NCBI GenBank assembly: GCA_029717555.1
Contig: JAMDHS010000023.1
Span: 186,001 to 250,000, forward strand
Length of the DNA stretch: 64,000 bases
Source: Peribolospora baueri
Taxonomy: Eukaryota
Direction of reading: 5' to 3'
A program made the position numbers and the translations under genes. Every line of letters starts with the position of its first letter. The stretch's first letter is position 1. Shown here one piece after another: positions 13,053 to 26,506 of this stretch. The notes below the pieces were generated by a model. It was not told the DNA's origin. It saw only the letters and a program-made list of their open reading frames with translations, and did no database searches.

Positions 13053-13455
13053 GGCGGGATGGGTATGAGATGAGGCTGGAGATGAGAATGAAGATAGGAC
13101 TGGGAGCGGGAATGGGATGGAGGGAAGGGAGGGGATTTAGGAAGTGGTGGTACGAGAGGCGTGGGGAGCTAGTCGTTGGGCGACGAGCAAAGACTGCGGT
13201 CGGGCGAAGGCGATGCGATGCGGGTGAAAGGGAGGCGAGAGCGAGGACGGAGGAGGCCGTCTGGGGGCGATGGGAGTCGAAGGATGATGGGCGTCGGGAG
13301 GAGTAAGGGCGAGCGGTCGACAAAAGGGAGGAGTTGTCGGTGGTGGAAGAAGGGAGTAATGATGGTCGTCGACGACGCGGCTGCGATTCCATTCGTTCGT
13401 TCGCGTGGAGGAGGTCAAGCGTCGTTCGGACTGACTGCGGCAACTTCGAGCAGAA

Positions 13456-13527
13456 GACTGGACTGACTTTGACTTTGACTGACTGACTACTGACTACTGA
13501 TTGACTGACTGATTTGATTGACTGACT
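13456..13527. repeat. Degenerate (GACT)n microsatellite, intergenic
   Basis: Directly visible GACT/GACTTT/GATT array. Confidence 0.7.
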
Positions 13528-14471
13528 ACGGAGTCGGCGCGTTAGCAGCGACGCCGCCGACGACCCTTCTTCCTTCCTCCTTTCTCGCCCTCGACATGTC
13601 ATCGACATGGACATGGACATGGTTGTGGACGACATGGACAACCACCCACGCACGCCCGAGCAAACATACATGCAAAACAGAGAGAAGATGGGAGAGGAGA
13701 CAAACATGCCACGTCGTCGTGTGCAGCCCCCCGACGACGTCCTACCGGGTACCATTGCCTCTCTTCAGGCCATGGACAACGGGTCCGACGCTTTCCCTCC
13801 GCCCCTCGCCGCTCCTTCCCAGCTCCCTCTCGTCCGTCGCTCACTCTTTGGCATTCCTTCAGCTCCCGCCGCTGTCCCGGTCGGTACCTGCCTGCCTGAC
13901 ATCGCCTCGACGGGCGATGGGTGGATGGAATAGATGGATGGATGGATAATTCGACGCGCGACTGGTTTGTCAGTCAGACAAGACAGACGATGGAAAGAAG
14001 AATTTAGGGAAGGAAGGAAAAGAGCAGAACCAGTAGGTTGAGAGCGCCAAAGCGACGAACGACGGACAGACGGTGTTTGGGTCATCCGTCCCTTCGATTC
14101 GAGCCAAAGAGAGAGAGCGATAGAGATGTGTGTGTTTGTGCGGTCATTCGTACGACTCGAGCAGGAAGGAGAAAGAAGCCTAGTCAGGACCGAGCCGAGC
14201 CGAGCCCATGTCGGCAGCACCCTTGCCTCCGGCCCGGCCGTCAGAGCAGGCAGTGACTAACCGGTCGCGAAAACAAAGGGCCAGGCAGGGCCAGGAAGCA
14301 AGCAAACACATCGAGCTCGGGCGCATGTAGGATACCGTATTCATGATGACGAACGAACGAACGAACAGACGGACGAGACCCGTTCAAGCAATGGATTACA
14401 GACAGACGACGAAGCAAGCGAACCCAAGCGGGCGTATCCCAAAACGAAAAACGAAAAACTAGACGGAGAAA

Positions 14472-14502
<31 letters not shown>

Positions 14503-14534
14503 CGGTCGGAACGACCGCCGACCCGACCCGACGC

Positions 14535-15695
14535 TCAACTCAACTCCCCACCCGGCAACACAATCTCCACATCCCCGTCTCCGTCCGTCGCCAAGCCAAA
14601 AGGCCTCTCGCTGATGTGCGTCGACGACGGGCCGTCGCCGTTGCCGTCGCCGGGAGGAGGAACGTATCGGCCGGGCGGGTGTTGGAAGTAGCAGTCTGGT
14701 CGGTGGCAGCGGATGCCAAACTTGCAAGCCGTCGTCGTCGCGCCCGCGTCGCGCGGGTGCGAAAAGTAACAGTCCGGACGGGTACAGCTGTCGCCAAACC
14801 GACACGGCTTCTTGCCGTCGCCGCCGACGCCGCCGCCGGCGGCGTAGGTGTATGAGGAGGAAGAAGAGCCGAACGCGGAAGGGGCGGCGACGCCGGCGGC
14901 GTGGTTAGCAAGCGAGCTTGTGAGCGCCGGCGAGGGCACAGCGTTGCCGTTGGCGTCAGTGTGAAGATAGGAGCACGACGGGTTGAGACAGTTTTGGCCA
15001 AACTTGCAGGGCACACCGGACGTCGAGGGCGGAGGTCCGTCTACGGAGGCTATATTATAAGGGTGACGAGGAACTAGTCAGCGATCCATCGAAGCGGACT
15101 TGTCCACGACCAACGGCAGCAAGAGGCGACGACGATGACTCGCCTTTGACGACAGCGGGGCTGACATGACTCTTGCCACAGTCCTTGTCCTTACACTCCC
15201 TCCCCCCCTCCCCAGCTCCACACACATCCTCGCTCAACACGAGCCCGCTCTGATCGTCGGCCACGGGACTGGGATGTGCGTACCGGCAGTATGCGTTCGT
15301 GCACGAGCTGGCAAACTTGCAGAGCGCCTTGTCCGTAGGCTCCGACGGCACCGTCTTGTCGGCTTTCGGTGCGAAGGACGGGCCGAACGTCGTCGTCGTT
15401 GTCACGGCCGCCGGAGAGGCGGCGAAGGGAGACACCGCGGGCGCGGGCGCAGAAATGGACGTTGGGGCGGGTTGGCCCAATGCGCGCGAGGTGACGTGCT
15501 GCAGCACTTGGCGGATCTCGCCGGCGCCCACTTCCGACTCGGGAAGCATCGGGTCCACGCGCTGTGCCAACGACGGCCTCGCGCCGAACGGCGTACCCAC
15601 AGCCCCTGGAGGCGCTCCTGGAACGCCCACCATGCCTTTGGCGCCGAAGCCCGTCGGGGGACCAGCATACGCGCCGTTTACCGATGGTCCATTCA

Positions 15696-15729
<34 letters not shown>

Positions 15730-17247
15730 GTGGTTCTGGTTTCGCGCGAACGCGGGGGTGAACACGTTGGCATGCGGGTTCGGCACACCGGCTCGGGTAA
15801 AGATGCTGGGCAAAGAGGAAGGAGCAGAGGCGGGCATGCCCTTCATCGAACGACCCTGGGGCAATTTCGGCAGCTGCTGCCTCGCCGCCGCACCGAGGGC
15901 TTTTCCAGCGATATGTAGGCCGCCGTCCATTCTACCGTTCCTGGCCATGCCGCCGACGGCGATCGTGCTCCTCTGCGCCATCGCCCTGGGCTGGGCAGGG
16001 ACCGTCTGCGGCCGTGCGACGCCGGGTTGGCCGTCCAGCTTATCCATCTCAAGTTTGCCTCTCTTGGGCGCATCGCCCAACACGTCCATCTGAGCGAATT
16101 TGCGTTTGCCGACTGCGGCGGAGTCGAGGGATTGGATCGCGTTGCCGAAGAGGTTGCGCGGAGGTCCGGTCGGGGGTCTGCAAAAGATACATGCATTCAT
16201 GTGAGACGACCCAAGCGGCGAGGAGACGTCGGCGGCGATGCACGGTGGTATGGCCGGTGGCTAGCTCACCTTTGCCGCACAGACGTCCTCCCATCTTGGC
16301 GCGCGTCCCTCTCCCCCGGCACATAGCTATCATACCCTCTCCGCCGCCCATCGACAGGGAAAGCGGTCTGTATTGGAAATGCGCTCTGCGCTGGCTGTGG
16401 CGGCGGTGGCTGCTCGCAGTGATCCCAATATTGCTGCTGCTGTTGTGGTTGCGGTGGCTGTTGGTTTACCCTTCTCCGCTCCTCGTCCCTGCCTTCATCC
16501 ACCTCCATTCGGTCTCGGTCATCCTCCCGAGCCACCTCGGGCTGCTGAAGCCGTGTCCAGGCGACGGTGGACTCTGGTGGGGGGGCGGTGGCGGGCTCGC
16601 AGATCCTTCGCATCTCGTCGTAAAACCATTGCGAGAGGGCGGGTTTGTACTCTGGACCAATGACTGGGAGGTAGAAACAGCCGACGGAGTCAGACGTGGG
16701 GCCATGTGTAGATCGAAAGAGCGCCGCACGGTCTCGAGGGAAAGTCGACTCACGGTCCGTGAGCTCGGCAGTGATTTCGGTCGGGGCCTTGGAGTTAGCG
16801 AGCATTACGGTGATATACTCGCCCCTACGCGAGTAAATAAAAGGGAAGGAAAAGCAAAGCCGAAGAGCAGGCGCCGTCAGCCTCTCCAATTCCACGACGA
16901 GCGAGAGCACAAGCGAGGTAGGACAAAAAAAAAGGCAACCCACATCACAGCGTCATCCTCAGCCGAATAATCATGCTCCGCCAATTTCCGCTGTATGGAA
17001 GCCTGAAGCCGACGAGGGCAGTGGCGTCCGGGAACGAGTCAGCAAAACCCCTCTGTGACAATCAGACCGATTCACCACGCTTTTTCTCTCTCACCTGAAG
17101 CCTTTGTGCCTCGGGCGAGCGTACTGCGCGGACGAGGAAGGAAGCCAGCGAGTTTCAGCATGAAAGGCATGAAAGAGCGGTATCGTGGATAGGAAGACAA
17201 GAACTGGTGATAAACAAAACCGCGCGCTCACGAGTAAAAGGCGCCAT
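14535..17247 (-). CDS. NAB2: Nab2/ZC3H14-like poly(A)-binding CCCH zinc-finger protein, multi-exon
   Basis: PWI-like N-terminus MAPFTLRSPEAQRLQ|ASIQRKLAEHDYSAEDDAVMGEYITVMLANSK. CCCH fingers CKFASSCTNAYCRYAH, CKFGQNCLNPSCSYLH, CRFGDSCTRPDCYFSH, CKFGIRCHRPDCYFQH. PolyQ tract at ~15697-15726. Confidence 0.85.
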
Positions 17248-17788
17248 GATAGACGGTCGGGAAGAACGGAGTCAGTCGCTGTACTTGCTTGCTCGGTAGC
17301 TGGCCCAAGCCTTGTTTCGTCGGGTGGGTGGCCAGGCCTGTGGTGATGGTGAGAAGGAAGGTGGGATTGAATATTCAGTCGGGAAGGCGACGCGAGTCGA
17401 TCATAACCCTAGAAGTTTTCGTTAAGCGATCGAGCAGCCATCGAGGGCGATCCTCCATTTAACCTCCCTCCTCCATCCTCCATCGCCCCAAAGACGGGCA
17501 GGTGCGAGCGATTTTAGAGCAATACGTCGCCGCTTGCCTCGCGCATCTCAATCTCAGGCGAACATCAACATCATCATTTTTCATCAAAAAGCAATTCGTA
17601 AAGACCCGTTACAAAGCGAACACACCGTCCCCTAGACGGAGAGGGAAAAGAGGTAGAGGGGATTAGGGTACGTTACGATGAGGGGAGGGAGGAAGAAGAC
17701 GAGTCGAAGGGAAGGAGGGCGACTCTTCCTTTGGGGGGCATGCATCCCGTCCTCATCCGCGGCATTCCGGCTTGCAAACTGGATCGGA

Positions 17789-18523
17789 TCAGAAGAGGAC
17801 GGCGACGCCGGCGGCGACACCAAGGGCGCCGAGGCCGAGCTGGACGGCGACGGGGCCGGAGGCGGAGAAGGGCAGCTTGGAGGCGGGTGCGGCGTTGTGG
17901 GAGGAGGAGGCGGTGGCGGAGGAGGAGACTGGGCGGTGTGGGAAGGGAGGGTGGATAGAGGTCAGGCAGGGGCGTCGGAGGTGGAGAAGGGTGGGACAGG
18001 CAACTCACCGACGGAGGCGCTCTTGGACGAGGTAGCGTTGGCGGTCGAGCTGCGGGGGAAGAAAGCGGTTAGCGTCCACTCTACCGAGCCGCGTCCATGA
18101 CGAGCAAAAAGAAGCAAAACAAGGGCCCACTCACCCGGTGACGTTGGAGCACTCCTGCTGCTGGAGGGCGAGACCGGCCTGCTGGTCGGCGGCGGAGCAG
18201 CGTGCCTTGAGGCAGGTGCCAATGTTGTTCTGGAGGGGCATGTTGGTGCAGATGCAGGTGAGGTTGGCTGTATGGGGAGAGTTGGCGGTGAGCGTGAGTG
18301 GTCGTGTGGGTCTCCGTCTATCCATCCATTCGTCCATCGCACACCGCGTCGTCGCGCCGCTGGCGCCGCTGGGCTACTCACTGACGGACGTGCACCTGGG
18401 CTGACTGGAGGTCTGGTTGGCGAGGGCTTGGGTGGTGCAGTTGAGCACGCACGGGGGCACGTTCTGGGCGAGGACGCCGGAGAGGGTGGCGAGGAGGGAG
18501 AGGAGGGGGAGGGAGACGAGCAT
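17789..18523 (-). CDS. Secreted CFEM-domain, probably GPI-anchored protein
   Basis: Signal peptide MLVSLPLLSLLATLSGVLA; CFEM Cys pattern PPCVLNC...C...NLTCICTN...CLKARCS...QQQEC; Ser/Thr stalk; hydrophobic tail QLGLGALGVAAGVAVLF*. Confidence 0.85.
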
Positions 18524-19821
18524 GATGGGCGGCGAGTGTGGGGCGACTAGGTGGGAGTGGTGGGAGGAGAAGAGGCGAAGGGAAGGGAAGGCGCTGGCGT
18601 GGCTTTATACGTATCCCCGGCGAGCCGTGCGTGCCTCAAGCGCAAGCCAGTCCAGTCGTCTTTCTTGTTTTCCTTCTTTTCTTGTCTCTCTCCCTCCTCA
18701 CCTTCTTCCTTCCCCCTGCCCGCCTCACCCGCCCCACTCCTGTTTCTGGCCCAGGCGAGGCAATCAAGGCAGAACGCGTCGATCGCTGCGGCATGCTGCG
18801 GCATGTGCTGCCTGCACCCCGCAGACGGGTTTATTACTCGTTAGCCAACGCCACGGCCGAGCCCAGCGACAGCCAGTCAGACTAACTAGATAGTCGACAT
18901 GGAGAGGAGAGAAAGAGGGAGTGGGGAATGGGGATGGGAGTGGGAGTGGGGAGAAGGGAAAAGGGAGACAGGAGACAGACGAGAGCGTACTGGTCATCCT
19001 CGCACTTAATAACGGCGTTAGCAAACGCCTGCACTCGGCGCCCACGTTCTTGCTTGCGCTTGCACGAATGAAGGAGATGGCCAAACAGGGTAGGGGGGGT
19101 GTGTGTGTTGGTGGTGCATATTCATGTCTCGATGGCAAGGGCCACCCACACACGCTATCCCCGATGGCGGGGACCCCGGTCGCCTACGTACTATGAACGA
19201 AACGACACGGCGCTGCTGGAGCGGTGAACGAAAGACGCACCCTTGCGCACGCCCACCTCATCACGCGCCCTCGGCCCTTTGCTCCCGCCGAGGAGGAGGA
19301 GGAGGTCGACGGGGGCCGGTCGTACGAGAGAGAGGCGCCACAGTGCAGCAGCAGTCAGGTCTCGGCCGTCGTTTACTTTGGCGGCGCGATGGGTATAGCT
19401 CGCTAGCTACAAGTGGGCGAGGAGGGGAGAGGAGGGGACGGAACGGGATAGGAGAGGCACGTCGTCGTCGTCGTAGGCGTCGTGTGCGCATCGCATCGAA
19501 CGCTGTCGTCAGCCGTCAGGGCGGGCGAGGTATTTGGTTGTGCTGTCCAAGGCGCTGGCGGTGCGCACCGACTCGGACTCGGACAGGCGATCCTTTCTCT
19601 TCTACGACGACGGAACGGGGTCGGGAAGAGACAGCAAGATGGCACAAGCATTCCTAATCCGTATCCCTGCCCGCCCCCGCTGCTGATCGCCGTCATCGCG
19701 CGCCAGTCTCAGTCCGTGCACGGTCCATCTCGCCCCATCGTCGACGGCGACGGCGACGGTGACGGTGACGACGACAACGACAAGACGACGAGGACGACAA
19801 CATCGTCCAGCGACCCTCGCC

Positions 19822-22800
19822 ATGTCGCCCCTCTCCTCCCCTTTCTTACGACTCCCCCTTCACCTTCTCCTCCTCCTCTCCCCCGCCCACGCTCTCACCT
19901 GCTCCAACTACGGCTACCCCAACACCACTGCTCAAGCCGCCTGCGTCTGTCCCTCCCCCTTCCTCCCACCCTCCTGCCTCTCCCCCTCCTGCTCCGGCAA
20001 CTTCCTCCTCCCCACCTCCCTCCGCCAGCCCCTCCCCGCCCTCGCCAATGTCACCGACGCCAACTTTGGTTCGCACACCGGCGGCGGAGGCGGTAATGCG
20101 TCCTACGTTGGTGCCGGGTGCGGGTGCGACGCCGGCTGGACGGGCGAGGGCTGTGGCGTGTGCACAACTGACGCCGCTTGCGATGCCGCCTTTGCCCGCG
20201 TCACCGCCGCCACGGGCAATCAGGACGCCCTGACCGGCGCGAGCACGACCGCCGACGCCGTGTGCAATGCCCAGCCGTGGACCAGGTCGGCGGGCATGAT
20301 CAGCTGTGACGTCCAAGTGATTTTTCTTCCATCGTCTTTCCCTCCGCCCTCTCCGTTCGTTTGTTCATCCTTCTCCCTTTTACTCCCTCCGCACAGAATC
20401 CAACCCTTCAAGCGCTCTTCCCCCTCAACTCGGTCCTCACCATCCAAAAGTTCGTTAACCCTTCCAAGTCCCTATTCCCTCCCTCGTCCGCCTCTTCCTC
20501 TTTCTCTCCCCCCTCATCCAATGCCACCGCCTTTGGCACCGCCGCCACGATGCTCGCCCAGCTCTGGTACGCCGGCGTGGAGCAGTTCTACTGTCATGCA
20601 GATCAGTGCGTCCAGTCCAACAAGACCGCCGCTGGAGGCGGCGGCCAAGGACAGCCGGTCGATTGGGTGTGCCAGGATTTGCAATGTCAGTGCGTCCCTG
20701 GCTCCGCCTTTTGTGGCGGCGTGCCGGTGAGTGCCCGTTTCTTCGGGCGTAGAAGTACACCGAATCGACGTCTCACTCGTCCTCCTCCCGCCTCAGCTCA
20801 AATCGATAGAGGGCACCATTTCCCAGCTCTCCGGCACGGTCACCATCACCTGCACGACTGCCTCCTGCACTTTCAACCAGGCCCTCCTCGCTTCCTTCTT
20901 CGGCTCCGGTGGCCTCTCCCTTACCGGCTGTTCCTTTGGCGAGTGCGTCAGTCGCGCCGTCTTGAACGAAGTTGACTCTTCCAGCGCCGGAGGCACTGGC
21001 GGCGGCGGTTCGGGTTCGAGTCTGAGCGCCGGCGTCATCGCCGCCCTCGCCGTCATCGGAGCTGCCGCGCTCGTCCTCCTTGCCCTCATCGCTTGGGCCA
21101 TCGTCGCGCAACGAAAAGCGAGAAGGCGCAGCCTCCCCCACGGTCTAGCCCTAGGCGTCGTGGAAGAAAAGTCGGCTCCAGGTCGTCCTTCCGAGGCGGG
21201 AAGAGGCGTGGCTTGGCATGCCGTATCCTACGACGTTCCCTCCCCTCGTCCCTCCATCTCCACCTGGTCGCGCTCCTTGGCCGCTGCCGCTCTTCCGATC
21301 CCCCGCCGACGACGACAACACCTCGTCGGAGGAGGCGATGGAGAGCGACCGGAAGAAGCGGCGGCAGCGGCGACGACAGAGCCAGGCAAGACTGTGCTAT
21401 TGAACAGCGAGGGAAGCGTCGCGCCGGGACACATGCTTGCGATCCTTGGCCCGAGCGGCGCGGGGAAGAGTACCCTCGTCGATATCCTCGCTGGAAAGGC
21501 TAAGCGCGGACACGTTCGCGGTCGCGTCTCCTTCTCCGGCGGCGGCGGCGGCGGCAGCGTAACGGGAACGGGGCGACCTCGGGTCGGCTTCGTCAGCCAG
21601 TCCGACGTCCTCCCACCCACCCTAACCCCACGCGAATACCTCCTCTTCTCCGCCCACCTTCGTCTCCCGCACGCCGAATCCCTACCACAATCTTCGATCC
21701 GTACCCACGTCTTTGAAGTCCTCCGCCAGCTCGGACTTACAGATGTTGCGGATGTGAGGATGGGCAATGAGGAGAGGAGGGGGTTGAGTGGTGGAGAGAA
21801 AAGGAGGGTTAGCATTGCGCTCGAGGTATTGACGAGGCCGGAGGTGCTCATTCTCGATGAGCCTACCTCGGGTAAGTCCGCCCCCATCGTGGCCCGCCCG
21901 CTTGCTGGCCGGGCTTGACCTGTCTTGGTAGCGCTCACATCCATCGCTTTCCTTCGCTCGTCAGGCCTTGACTCCGTCTCTGCAGCCAACGTCATCTCCG
22001 TCCTCCAGAACCTCGCCAGCGATCCAGTCTATCCCACCACCGTCGTCTGTTCCATCCATCAGCCAAGGTAAGCAGCATCCCGCCTTTTCCTTTTTCTTTG
22101 TTTTTCCAGCTCTGAACCGCTCGACGACACCCCCGCAGCTCCAAGATCTATCGCGCCTTCACCCACGTCCTCCTCCTCTCCCTCGGCCGACAGCTTTACT
22201 TTGGTCCCGGACGCGACGCGCCTGCCGAACACTTTGCTCGAAGGGGCGTCCCTTGTCCCGTCGGATACAACGTTGCGGATCACCTTCTCGAAATCGCTAG
22301 CGATCCTTCCCGGTCTGTCCTCGTCGACGCGCGGAGCGGTGGGGGGAGCAAGCAAGATCGGAAGGAGATCGTCGGAGCCGTCGACGACGGCGCGTCAGCG
22401 TCAGCGTCAGGAGGAATGAAGGCGAATGGCGACGCCAAGGACACGTCTGCGTCTGCAGAGATGGAAAGCGTCCTCCCCGTCCTGTCTCCCGGTGAACCTT
22501 TCTCGAGACGCACACGCGGCCAGGTGAACGACGCCCATGCGACGACGACGACAACGGTCGAGGCGGAGAGCCCGACGCCGAAGGAAAAGACGACGTGTCG
22601 GACGACGTTCTTGACCCAGTTCGAGGTCATCAGCGGCAGGGAATGGCTCAATCTCAAGCGGTGAGCCACGCCCCTTGCCTACCGGATCTTCCCGCCGTCC
22701 GTCACCGTCTACCGTTCCTGACCGTCCGCTGATATACTCTCTTCCGCGACCCCCCCCTCGTTTCATCTCCTTCGACAGAGACAAGTCGCTTTTCCTCCTA

Positions 22801-24096
22801 CACCTCGGTGTCGCGCTCATCCTCGGCGTCTTCTGCGGCGGACTCTACTTCCACGTCAACCTCACCATCGCCGGTTTTCAGTCTCGCGTCGGATCGCTCT
22901 TCTTCATCGGCGCCCTCATCGCCTTTACCAGCTTGTCGAGCTTGAGCAACCTCGTGGAGAGGAAGGAGCTGTTCGTGAGGGAGAGGGCGGCCGGGTATTA
23001 CCGGTGAGTCGCTGCCCCTCTTCCACACGCCGCCGTGCCGCACGTCTCGTCGAGCTGATACCATTCCTGCCCCTCTCGTCCTCCCTCCTTCTTCTAGCCC
23101 CGGCGCCTGGCTCCTCTCCACGATCCTCTTCGACGTCATCCCCCTACGCTTGATTCCCACCATCGCCTGTGGCACGATCATCTACTGGATGGTCGGCCTC
23201 GCCCCGCACCCGGCCCAGTTCTTCAAATACCTCTTCGTCCTCGCCCTCTTCAACATTGCCTCCGTCCTTTTCAACCTCGTCCTCGCCGCCTCCATCCGTA
23301 ACGGCGGTGCGGCCATCCTTTTGGGCAGCATCGTCACGCTATTTGAGATGGCCTATGGTGAGCTAGCTGATCCGAGACGGAGGGAGGGGAGGGGAGCGAT
23401 GGGACACTTGTCGACGTCGTGTTCGTGCCGCTCATACCCACTTCCGTCGTCCTATGTCGCTTTCGGGAAAAACCCCTTATTTTTTTTTTCCTTCGCAGCC
23501 GGCTTCTTCGTCAACCTGGGACGAATACCGCCAGTACTCCGATGGCTTCAATATCTCTCCTTGCTCAGTGCGTCTCCGACCCCACCCGACGTTTTTTCTC
23601 TCTTTTTCTTGTCGCATCCCGCAACGCCCTATGACTCGCTCACGTCACGTCGCGTCGCTTCGATTTTCACCCCATCGCGCAGAGTACGCGCTCGAAGCGC
23701 TCTCCGTCAACGAGGTCATGTCGGGCCTCCAGATCGAGGACGTGATCGCAGGCGTGCCCGTCAACATCTCCGCCGTGACGATCATGAACCTCTTGTTCGG
23801 GTTCGGAGAGAAGAATTACTGGAGGTGAGCGCGCGTCGCGTCGCATCGCGTCGCGGCGAGGCGAGGCCAGCGAAAACGCGCCTCGACATTGTTCCGATGC
23901 CGGGCCCAACTGACGGCATCCCCTTCGCTTTTCTTCCCGTCTCGCCACTCACCCTCGCCCTTCACGCGGCCCGACGTTTTTGTCTCATTCTCGTTCGCCT
24001 TCGCACAGAGACGTGGTCATCTTTGTCGCTTTCATCGCCGGTTTCTCCGTCATCCTCGTCAGCGTCGTTGGCTGGAAGCTTAGAGAGCGGAGATAG
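19822..24096 (+). CDS. ADP1: ADP1-type ABCG half transporter with Cys-rich EGF-like extracellular N-terminus
   Basis: Signal peptide, EGF-like CGCDAGWTGEGC, TM helix, Walker A GPSGAGKST, signature LSGGEKRRV, Walker B ILDEPTSGLDS, SIHQP, ABC2 membrane domain, stop TAG at 24094-24096. Confidence 0.9.
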
Positions 24097-24922
24097 GTCT
24101 TTCGCCCGGGCGCTCAGGCTTATTTCCCCGATGCTCCCTTTCCCTCACTTTCTATTTCTTCCCATTTCTTTGTCCTTCCCCCCTCTCCCTTTTCTTCTGG
24201 TCTTCTATTGGGAATACCCCTTATGGCGGTCGGTTCTTGTGGCAACGTATTTCAAGACACGAGCTTTGAAAAAAGACCGAGACGGCTTCAGGTGGTCGTC
24301 GGAAAGATGATGAAGAGTGCGCGTGGACAGCCGTGGGGCGGTCGTCAGGGTCATCTGTCCGGCGACACTCCCGTCGTGATGATGATGCGCTTTTAAGCCA
24401 CACTCCACAATCGCATCGCATCGCATCGCTCAAGCTTGCTGCTCCCGGAAGATCGCTCCTTTGAGCGAACCAGTCTGGCACAGAGTCTGGAGCTGGGCGG
24501 TCAGTCCGGCGCCCGTATTGATGCCTCCCGGCAGGACCATCGCGCCCGCAGGCGGCAGGGCGCCCACAGTCGGGGCGGCCGCCATGCCGACCAGGCTGGG
24601 AGCGGGGCGGAGCTGACGAGAGGGACGGCCAGGCTGATGAGAGCGAGGGTACAGAAGGAAGACGACTGGCAGGTGGGAACGTTCGTTTGCCGTCCTGATC
24701 CCGCACCGGGTGGCGGGGAGGCCGGGGGGGGGTGGGGAGCTGGCCGGAAAAGGGGCTATAGAGCGACGAGTCGGCGCGCACGAGAGACAGAACAGACTCG
24801 CCTTCATATTTCCTCTAGACCGCAACGATGGTGTATGTGGAAAATACGTCGGCGTGCGTGTTGCAGACGCAGGTTTGGAGACGAGCCAAGCCGTCTTCCT
24901 AAGCGCCGAGGGTTACGTGAGC

Positions 24923-26329
24923 ATGACCAAGAACCGAAAAGCCTCAGGCAGAGCGAGGTCGGCGACTCCCATCGCTCAAAAGAGTCAGAACCACCTGACG
25001 AACGCGCAGATGAGGATGCGGGGCCCGACGGCGACGGCGATGACCACCACCACCACCACACCATCTCACGTCGCTCCTGGCGAACGGCCCTACGCCGCCA
25101 GCTCGAGCTCCCCACCGAGCACGGCGGGCCCGCCAACGCCCCCCACTCCGCTCTCCAGACCGACGTCCGTGCGCTTTTCGGCCGACGGCTGTCCCTCGCC
25201 GCATCACGAACATCAGCCCCAACACGGGTCTCGCGAGCACCATCAGATGCCCCTCGGCGCCACCATACGCAGGAAGGAAGGCCACCGCAACTTGAAGCAA
25301 CCCCGTCCGCGCCCTCGTCTGCGGCAAGCCGAGTGCGAAAAAGCGACCGAGTCCGATTCCACGTCCGACTCTGAGATGTCTGCCGGCTTCCATTCCGCCG
25401 GCTCCCATCTATCTGAAGACGAAAGCGCCTCCTCCGCCGGGCCTTGCTCTTCCCCATCCTCCTCTACCTCCTCTTTTCTCTCTTTTACACCCATGCTTCA
25501 TGTCGAGCCGATCAATAGGAGAGACGGCAGAGGAGATGAGCGCAAACAGTGGGTTGTGCAAGGAGGAGAGCTGGAGAAAGCGCAGATGGAAGCAAGAGGT
25601 GTGGATGAGGAGGCCGTGAAGCATGAGATGAGGCATAGAAGGAGGACTGGTGGTGGTGACGGCGACGGCAGTGGCGGTACGGCTGCTAGCGATCAGAAAC
25701 ATCAGGCTGTTATGGATGGAGTAACAGAGAAGGAGAGACAATTTGAGGTTGGAGGGATGTTCCCAAAAGGGCGAGAGCGGGATGAAGGACCGGCAGACAA
25801 GCACAAGCACCTTGGTCCACCAGGCCTAGACGCACGAGACCTCATCCGGCTCCACAGTGAGCGAACGTGGCCTCGCTCAGCTGGAGCCAATGCTCAGCCA
25901 GTGCCACCTTGCTCCTCTGACCTCAAGGAGGCGGCATGGTTAGGAAAGGCGGCACTGGGAAGCTACGCGGATACCAGTACTGCTGAGGAAGACCGGAATG
26001 AGGAAGGAAGACATCCGTCGACGGAGGAACGAGCCGAACACGCAGAAGCACTTGCATCAGCACAAGCTTCGGCTCTAGCGTCCAGCGAGCGTTTCCACCT
26101 TGGCCGGGAGCGATCGCTGTTGAACGAGGTGAGGGCGCTGCGACAGAGGCTGTCTGTGAGCATCGAGATCGGCGAGCACGAGAGGAGGATGGTGGAGGCC
26201 GGGAGGAAGTACGAGATCGCTTTGAAGGAGCTTGAGGACCAGGTGAGAGGATTACGAGAGGGGAGAAAAGCTGTGAAGCGCAGGGGTTGGCGAAGGTTGT
26301 TGCATTTGCCCAAGCACATTCATCATTAG
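24923..26329 (+). CDS. Hypothetical intronless protein, disordered with C-terminal coiled coil
   Basis: Long open frame (first ATG 24923) filling an otherwise empty interval. No recognised domain. Confidence 0.5.
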   Translation: MTKNRKASGRARSATPIAQKSQNHLTNAQMRMRGPTATAMTTTTTTPSHVAPGERPYAASSSSPPSTAGPPTPPTPLSRPTSVRFSADGCPSPHHEHQPQHGSREHHQMPLGATIRRKEGHRNLKQPRPRPRLRQAECEKATESDSTSDSEMSAGFHSAGSHLSEDESASSAGPCSSPSSSTSSFLSFTPMLHVEPINRRDGRGDERKQWVVQGGELEKAQMEARGVDEEAVKHEMRHRRRTGGGDGDGSGGTAASDQKHQAVMDGVTEKERQFEVGGMFPKGRERDEGPADKHKHLGPPGLDARDLIRLHSERTWPRSAGANAQPVPPCSSDLKEAAWLGKAALGSYADTSTAEEDRNEEGRHPSTEERAEHAEALASAQASALASSERFHLGRERSLLNEVRALRQRLSVSIEIGEHERRMVEAGRKYEIALKELEDQVRGLREGRKAVKRRGWRRLLHLPKHIHH

Positions 26330-26506
26330 CATCATGTATTGCTAAGATACGCCAGTCAAACTGAGAAGACAGTGCCAGATCGGCACGTCTTGGCGTCCAA
26401 GCTAAGGCAAAGATTTATTCAATTGATTCTTGGAAATTCACTTTGGGTTTATTTGTCCAACGGACATACACACTGGGGAATACTGGCGAACAAAGCGAAT
26501 ACACGC

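Noticed and set aside
15166..16970. Several long plus-strand ORFs, including a poly-Cys one
   Set aside because: Antisense to NAB2. The poly-Cys/Leu/Ala tracts are the reverse of the CAG polyQ repeat.
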